Below, piece by piece: positions 59,279 through 64,000 of a DNA stretch of 64,000 nt. The stretch's first letter is position 1. Each line of letters opens with the position of its first letter. The notes under the pieces are model-generated. The model saw only the letters and a list, made by a program, of their open reading frames with translations. It was not told where the DNA came from and did no database searches. The translations under genes were made by a program, and so were the position numbers. Location of the stretch: the NCBI GenBank assembly GCA_963716045.1, contig CAVQSS010000025.1, forward strand, positions 102,304 through 166,303, read 5' to 3'. The stretch is from an uncultured delta proteobacterium (GTDB taxonomy: Bacteria > Desulfobacterota > RBG-13-43-22).

Positions 59279-61696
59279 TCAACGCCGCCGGCCGCCACCG
59301 CCGCCGGAAGGCCGCGAACCGCTGAAGCCCCCGCCCCAGGATCCCCTCGACGCGGAGGCCGCGGAACGCTGTTGTCCCGCCTGGCGGGCCTGTTGCTGGG
59401 ACTGGAGCGATTGCACCTGTCCGCTGTTCTGCACGCTGCCCCAGCCGCCGCCGGTTCTTTGTTCCCAGCCGCTGCCCGTGTTTTTGTAGACGTTGCCGTC
59501 GTGGCCGGCGTAGTAGTTGTTCCCCACCTTGGCCGCCGAAACGCTCTGGCCCCCCGGCCCGGAGACCTGCCCCCATTTGGCCGTATTTTGTGACCCGGTG
59601 TAGGCATTGCCCACCGTGGCCGAGCCTCCCCGAGCGGCGACGCCGGTGTTCGGGTTATAGGTGGCCCCGCGCTGGCCGGAGGCATAGCCTCCGGTATAGA
59701 CGTTGGAGACCGAGGCCCGCTGCCCGGCCGAGACCCGGCCGGTGACGGAGTTGTAGGAAGTGCCCACTTTGCTGCTCCAGGCATTGCCGGTCCAGGCATT
59801 GTATCCGGCCGAAGACCGGGTAACGGCGGTGGTCGGTCCCCATTGCTTGTAGACGTTGCCGGTAGTGGCCGCCCAGCCCCCCGGACCCCAGGCCGCCGCG
59901 CCGCCGTGCGCCCCGTAGGCCGCCCCGCGATAGGCATAGGGCATGGGCCCCCAGTAGGGGGCGGGGGCGTAGCCCCAACAGCCACTGGACCCGACCAAAG
60001 CGGCCCCGAAGGCCCAGCCCACGCCGAAGCCCACGGCCCACCCGGTCCAGGGAGTCCAGGTAGGGTTGGCGGCATAGCCGTAGGTGACCGGGACGGGGAC
60101 CCAGGCGGTCGGACCGATGTAGGGGGTATAATAGTACCCGGTCCCGTAGACCACCACGCCGTCCGCGCTGACGACGGTGCCCATGTAGCCGTAGGTATAG
60201 CCGACCGTCACGTATTGGGGGGTGACATTATAGATTTTCACATAAGTGGCATAGTGAACCGGGGAACTCGGCGGGATGGCGTAAACGGCTGCCGGGACCG
60301 ACGTGGCCACGACCCACGGTCCCTGAACCGAGGCGCCGGTGAACCAGACGCCGTCTTGCACGGCATACCAGGCCGTGGGCGAAACCATGATGATCGGCGT
60401 CGGGGAGTTGGTGACATAGCTGAGGTCGGTTTCCGGGATTGGCTTCACTTCGGGATTCCCGCTGATCTGCGGTTGAAAGCGGGCCTGGGCGCGGTCGACC
60501 TGGGCGGTCTGAGGGATGTCGTTGGCGATGACGGCTTCCCGGGCCTGGCGGGTGCCCGGCACCGAGGCCCTGACGTTCTCCTTGGGGCTGTCGTTGGGTA
60601 TGTTCGCGAAATCCGCCGGCAGGGCGGTCCCGGCCACATACTGCCACGGCCCTTTAAAATCAGGGGCCCGGAACCAGCGGCCGGTAACCAGAACATAAGT
60701 CTGCTGGTCGCTCAGGTTCTTGAAGACATTGCCGGTGGTATTCTTGAGGTAGAGGAGCATGGTCGTCTGGATTGGGACCCAGTCCGGCGGGCCGTCGGTC
60801 ACGATCAGCTCGGTAGGTCGGGTAGTCGTGATAATCTGGGGGACGACTGTGTTGAGGGAGGGCTTCTTCCCGGTCTTCTCGTCCGGCGGCCCTTCCATCA
60901 GGTCAACCACGTTGGCCTGGGCGAGACTTTTAGCTGCCTGCCCGACATCGGCCGGCGGCTTTTTGACTACCGTCCAGGGACCGGAGAGAGACGAGGCCCC
61001 CAGGAAGCCGTCAAAGAGGCGCAGGTAGATCCGACCGGCCGAATCCTTCAGGATCAGGGCCCGGGTATTGAGGACCCGCATCAAAGGGGTATTCTCCACC
61101 GGACGCCAGACCGGTTCCCCGTCGATAGCCACCAGTACCGCGGCCGTCTGGGAAAACACGAACTGCGGCGGCTCATTTTGCACCGGGACCGTCCGAGCCT
61201 GCATTTCAGCCTTTTCTATGGCCAGGGCCGCCTCCAACCGATCGAGAGGGATGTTGGAGACCCGGGTGGCCAGCAGGCTCTGGAAACCCGGTTGGTACCG
61301 GGTCCCGCTGTAGGGGTCCGAAGGGAAGGTGGCCTTTTCGACCTTCAGATCGGTAAATTGCACCGTCCGGGATCGGCGGTCCACCAGGGTGGAGGCCGTC
61401 ACCTGGATCACCCCGAAAACCGGCTCGGTATAACCGGGCAGCAGGACCGAAACGGCCGCGTGGGCCTCAAACCGGTAGCCGTCCCAGATGTCCAATTGGG
61501 GTTGGTAAATGGTGTACTTTGTCCCGTTCACGTCGGCCGACTTGGGCCAGGGGTCCGGGCCGGCCGGGGACGCCGCCGGCTTGGCTTTCTGGGAGAAAGC
61601 CGGGAGGGGTCCGCCAACGATCAGGAAAAAACAAACCAGCCCCAGGACCAAAATGCGGGCGAAGGAAACTTTATCTTTCCGGTTCCGGGTCGTCAT
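59279..61696 (-). CDS. Large secreted/membrane-anchored repeat protein with a Tyr/Gly/Trp/Ala-rich low-complexity C-terminus
   Basis: 805 aa; N-terminal TM/signal; internal ~100-aa repeats ending in GPW (SLSGPWTVV, FKGPWQYV, SVQGPWVVA); C-terminus GYTYGYMG...GGGGRRR. Plus-strand ORFs here are antisense artefacts. Confidence 0.7.
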   Translation of the reverse strand: MTTRNRKDKVSFARILVLGLVCFFLIVGGPLPAFSQKAKPAASPAGPDPWPKSADVNGTKYTIYQPQLDIWDGYRFEAHAAVSVLLPGYTEPVFGVIQVTASTLVDRRSRTVQFTDLKVEKATFPSDPYSGTRYQPGFQSLLATRVSNIPLDRLEAALAIEKAEMQARTVPVQNEPPQFVFSQTAAVLVAIDGEPVWRPVENTPLMRVLNTRALILKDSAGRIYLRLFDGFLGASSLSGPWTVVKKPPADVGQAAKSLAQANVVDLMEGPPDEKTGKKPSLNTVVPQIITTTRPTELIVTDGPPDWVPIQTTMLLYLKNTTGNVFKNLSDQQTYVLVTGRWFRAPDFKGPWQYVAGTALPADFANIPNDSPKENVRASVPGTRQAREAVIANDIPQTAQVDRAQARFQPQISGNPEVKPIPETDLSYVTNSPTPIIMVSPTAWYAVQDGVWFTGASVQGPWVVATSVPAAVYAIPPSSPVHYATYVKIYNVTPQYVTVGYTYGYMGTVVSADGVVVYGTGYYYTPYIGPTAWVPVPVTYGYAANPTWTPWTGWAVGFGVGWAFGAALVGSSGCWGYAPAPYWGPMPYAYRGAAYGAHGGAAAWGPGGWAATTGNVYKQWGPTTAVTRSSAGYNAWTGNAWSSKVGTSYNSVTGRVSAGQRASVSNVYTGGYASGQRGATYNPNTGVAARGGSATVGNAYTGSQNTAKWGQVSGPGGQSVSAAKVGNNYYAGHDGNVYKNTGSGWEQRTGGGWGSVQNSGQVQSLQSQQQARQAGQQRSAASASRGSWGGGFSGSRPSGGGGGRRR

Positions 61697-61697
61697 T

Positions 61698-62153
61698 TCA
61701 ATTCTCCTTCCTTACAAATTCAACTTCAAAGGTCTGCCCGGCTACCGCCTGAAAATACTTCCCCTTCAGCCGGTCAGACACCGGGTCATACTGGAGGTCG
61801 TAAGTCGAGCCGGGATAATTTATATCACGCAGTTCCACAAAGATCTTGACCTTTCCTTCCACGCTCTGCCAGGAGGCACTGTGTACCTTGATCGATTTAG
61901 GATTATAGTACCCTGCTTTCAGCGCGCCCTGGCTTCCGACCTCCCGGAATTCCAGGATATACCCGCCATCCGGCCTGACCCATTTTCCGGCCAGACGCTC
62001 GTAGAGGTTCTTTTCGGATTTTTCTTGCGTAGCTTTTTCGCTTTGGGCCAAGACCTCGCTGATTCCTGCAAATGCCGTGACCAGGAGACAAAATATTCCG
62101 ACCACGATCGTTTTCCGGTAGTTGAAGACACGGTAATAATTATTTCTGTGCAC
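61698..62153 (-). CDS. Small secreted protein (DUF2147-like, tentative)
   Basis: Signal peptide; LAGKWVRPDGGYILEF; stop is 2 nt from the start of the large downstream gene. Confidence 0.55.
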   Translation of the reverse strand: MHRNNYYRVFNYRKTIVVGIFCLLVTAFAGISEVLAQSEKATQEKSEKNLYERLAGKWVRPDGGYILEFREVGSQGALKAGYYNPKSIKVHSASWQSVEGKVKIFVELRDINYPGSTYDLQYDPVSDRLKGKYFQAVAGQTFEVEFVRKEN

Positions 62154-62175
62154 GATTGGCCTCCGTTAATGTATT

Positions 62176-62607
62176 TTAAGAATACCGCCCTTGTATGGTC
62201 TGTAGAAACACATCCGGATTGACGATAGGAATACCCTGAAAGGATTTCAGATCGGTCAAATGGTGGTCTCCGGAAACAATATAATCCGCTTGGCCTTCAA
62301 GGGCGCAGGCGAGAATTTTATTATCGTCTGGATCGCTGTTGATTGCGTATACTTTTTTGGCTCCCTGGGTGATGGTTGTAACTTTTTCAAAGGCTATTAT
62401 AAACTGGCCTATCTCCTTTGGGGTGGCCTTGTGTATTTTTGTCAGTTTGGGGCGAAGAAGCGTTTCTCTAATCTCTTCGATAATTTGGGGGGAAAGAAAA
62501 ATACTTATCTCGCCCGCTTTAGCCAAAGACAAAATTTGGGCTGGTTTTCCTCCGGGGACCAAATAGGCGCTGACCACCACATTGGTGTCCAGCACAACCT
62601 TAATCAT
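62176..62607 (-). CDS. PIN-domain toxin
   Basis: MIKVVLDTNVVVSAYLVPGG...; lower-GC region. Confidence 0.75.
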   Translation of the reverse strand: MIKVVLDTNVVVSAYLVPGGKPAQILSLAKAGEISIFLSPQIIEEIRETLLRPKLTKIHKATPKEIGQFIIAFEKVTTITQGAKKVYAINSDPDDNKILACALEGQADYIVSGDHHLTDLKSFQGIPIVNPDVFLQTIQGRYS

Positions 62608-62923
62608 TTTTTTGTGCCTTACTTGTTTTCCTTGCCTTCCTTACCTCTTTGACTGCGTCTTCGATCAGCTTTTCAAGCTTCTCCGGGTCTTCATCTTTCA
62701 TTTTCTCATGCATAGCATCAAACAGTTTCCAGGCTTCCGCTTTCCCCTTATCCATGAAGGTTTTGGGGCGGATAATAATTTCAGAGCCCCTTACCTGAAA
62801 ATCAATAATATCTCCTTCCTTAAGATCTAATGACTCTCTTATTTCTTTAGGAAAAGTAACCTGACCGCTTCTAAGAACTTTTGCCCATGCCATAGGAAGT
62901 TTTCCCCCTTTAACGTTTTGCAT
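62600..62923 (-). CDS. AbrB/MazE-family antitoxin
   Basis: MAWAKVLRSGQVTFPKEIRESLDLKEGDIIDF (SpoVT/AbrB swapped-hairpin); overlaps the PIN gene by 8 nt. Confidence 0.7.
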   Translation of the reverse strand: MQNVKGGKLPMAWAKVLRSGQVTFPKEIRESLDLKEGDIIDFQVRGSEIIIRPKTFMDKGKAEAWKLFDAMHEKMKDEDPEKLEKLIEDAVKEVRKARKTSKAQKND

Positions 62924-63125
62924 AGTTATTGTAATTCTGTATTTATGTAATTTAGTATATAGGGCAGGTCAAGTTGTGTCAAGGACTTCGAGGCTCCAGA
63001 TCACCGCATTGATAGATCTCTTGGCCTCTGAAAAGGTAAAATTGGCACTTTATAGACTCAACCGTTTCTGATGACGGCCGGTCCGCAGATGGTCAATAAA
63101 AACAGAGGTGTCCAAGAGGACTACG

Positions 63126-63329
63126 TTACTCACCCAAGGCCTCAAAGGTCAGCTTGCCGGCGTGCTTGGCCATCAAGTTCTTGAACTTCTTGAGGGCCAC
63201 AATCTCGCGCAGGGCCACATGAACCGCTTCGGTCCTGGTTTTAACTCCCAAGGCCTTAACCGCCTCATCGGCCAGACGGGTGTCCAGCCTAATGGATGTC
63301 ATTGTCGTTGCCATTGTATTTCCTCCCAT
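63126..63329 (-). CDS. VapB-family antitoxin (DUF2191-like), apparently an orphan
   Basis: MTSIRLDTRLADEAVKALGVKTRTEAVHVALREIV. Confidence 0.5.
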   Translation of the reverse strand: MGGNTMATTMTSIRLDTRLADEAVKALGVKTRTEAVHVALREIVALKKFKNLMAKHAGKLTFEALGE

Positions 63330-63543
63330 ATATACATATTATCCACTTCGTATACACAGGTCAATAGGTTCCGTTAATCAGACCGAGCTCTCGTCGAACG
63401 CGCCGCCCCTTATCGGGCAGTTCACGAGGCTGGACCAATCCGCTTTTGTTTACTAAGGCTATAGCGCGCATATTCCTTTTTGTTGCTTTGCTGTGCGGAA
63501 TTAGTTTCTTGACAAGACTTAATAGAGCCTTTATAAAGTCTAT

Positions 63544-63822
63544 ATGAAGACTCTAACGATCACTGATGCCAAGAAAAATCTCAGCCGGTGGTTGGCCGCT
63601 GCCTCCAGCGGCGAAGACATCGGGATTATCTGCGGGGCGGACATCATCGCCCTGCGCAAAGTCACGGTAGAATCCATGGACTACGCGCAGCGCGAATACG
63701 GTGCGACGCCCGATCAGGTCACGGCCTTGGAAAAGGCCACGGACAGACGCTACCGGAAGCTCAAGCGCTCCGGAGAACTGGTTACCGTCACGACCGAACA
63801 GCTAAGGAAGATGATTGGCTAA
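63544..63822 (+). CDS. Phd/YefM-family antitoxin
   Basis: MKTLTITDAKKNLSRWLAAASSGEDIGI... Confidence 0.6.
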   Translation: MKTLTITDAKKNLSRWLAAASSGEDIGIICGADIIALRKVTVESMDYAQREYGATPDQVTALEKATDRRYRKLKRSGELVTVTTEQLRKMIG

Positions 63823-64000
63823 GGCGCTTACCATCGACCCCGCCGTGATACGACGGCTACGGGAACTGCCTAAGACCGAAAAGGTAGAGTGCCTGCTCGC
63901 GTTGTGTGAGCTGCCCGAAATCTTCGGCCAACCTCACGTTCACAGCGGGCTTGCCATCCGCAAATTTGGAGACAAGCTCTTTGAATGTCGCGGTAGCTTG
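63815..64000 (+). CDS. Putative RelE/ParE-family toxin, 3'-partial at the window end
   Basis: Overlaps the antitoxin stop; (L)AKALTIDPAVIRRLRELPKTEKVECLLALCELPEIFGQPHVHSGLAIRKFGDKLFECRGSL... Confidence 0.4.
   Translation, partial: MAKALTIDPAVIRRLRELPKTEKVECLLALCELPEIFGQPHVHSGLAIRKFGDKLFECRGSL

Noticed and set aside
59843-61849. 668-aa plus-strand ORF
   Set aside because: Antisense to the large secreted protein; G/R/P-rich.

Overview
This is a 64-kb high-GC (~58-60%) bacterial chromosomal segment with a patchy, accessory-like character. Gene content (Xsc, SPASM radical-SAM enzymes, REC-GAF regulators, HME-RND efflux, many toxin-antitoxin pairs) suggests an anaerobic Desulfobacterota/deltaproteobacterial-type organism. 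That is an inference only. No rRNA, tRNA or CRISPR array was found.

Coding content, in order:
- Sulfur/carbon metabolism: a 5'-partial sulfoacetaldehyde acetyltransferase (Xsc); glycerol kinase; an MFS transporter; an acetolactate-synthase-family TPP enzyme; an SDR oxidoreductase; NadE; alkaline phosphatase; acetoacetyl-CoA synthetase.
- Mixed functions: an HD-domain protein; an EamA transporter; an ABC-F ATPase; an HNH nuclease; YceI; an acyl-CoA synthetase; two paralogous radical-SAM/SPASM enzymes, one with a fused PqqD-like RRE; GlgX; a small GIY-YIG protein; class II FBA; an Old-Yellow-Enzyme-like flavin oxidoreductase.
- A porin followed by a periplasmic flavinylation locus: Tat-signal ApbE, a TlpA-like thioredoxin, and a TlpA-like thioredoxin fused to an FMN-binding domain.
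- Signalling and efflux: a PAS histidine kinase; two REC-GAF response regulators; a third radical-SAM protein; a CzcCBA-like HME-RND efflux operon.
- The rest: a DUF169-like/CoaE fusion; HEPN/MNT; two DUF2889-like proteins, one fused to a PHP phosphoesterase; UPF0016; an M15A peptidase; a SPOR protein; a large Tyr/Gly/Trp-rich secreted protein.
- Toxin-antitoxin modules: at least eight, mostly PIN/VapBC types.

The intergenic space is unusually repeat-rich. There is a ~90-bp double-hairpin REP-like element in about 10 copies, a MITE-like element with GTAGGGGCGGGG-type inverted termini in about 4 copies, (AACCAGC)n heptamer tandem repeats at 5 sites, and AT-rich TTCGAA-type short repeats.

Several genes (glpK, glgX, OYE, apbE, possibly eamA) carry 1-nt indels inside homopolymer runs. 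This suggests systematic assembly or sequencing errors rather than real pseudogenes.

The most interesting candidate system is the ApbE + thioredoxin + thioredoxin-FMN_bind extracytoplasmic flavoprotein locus.
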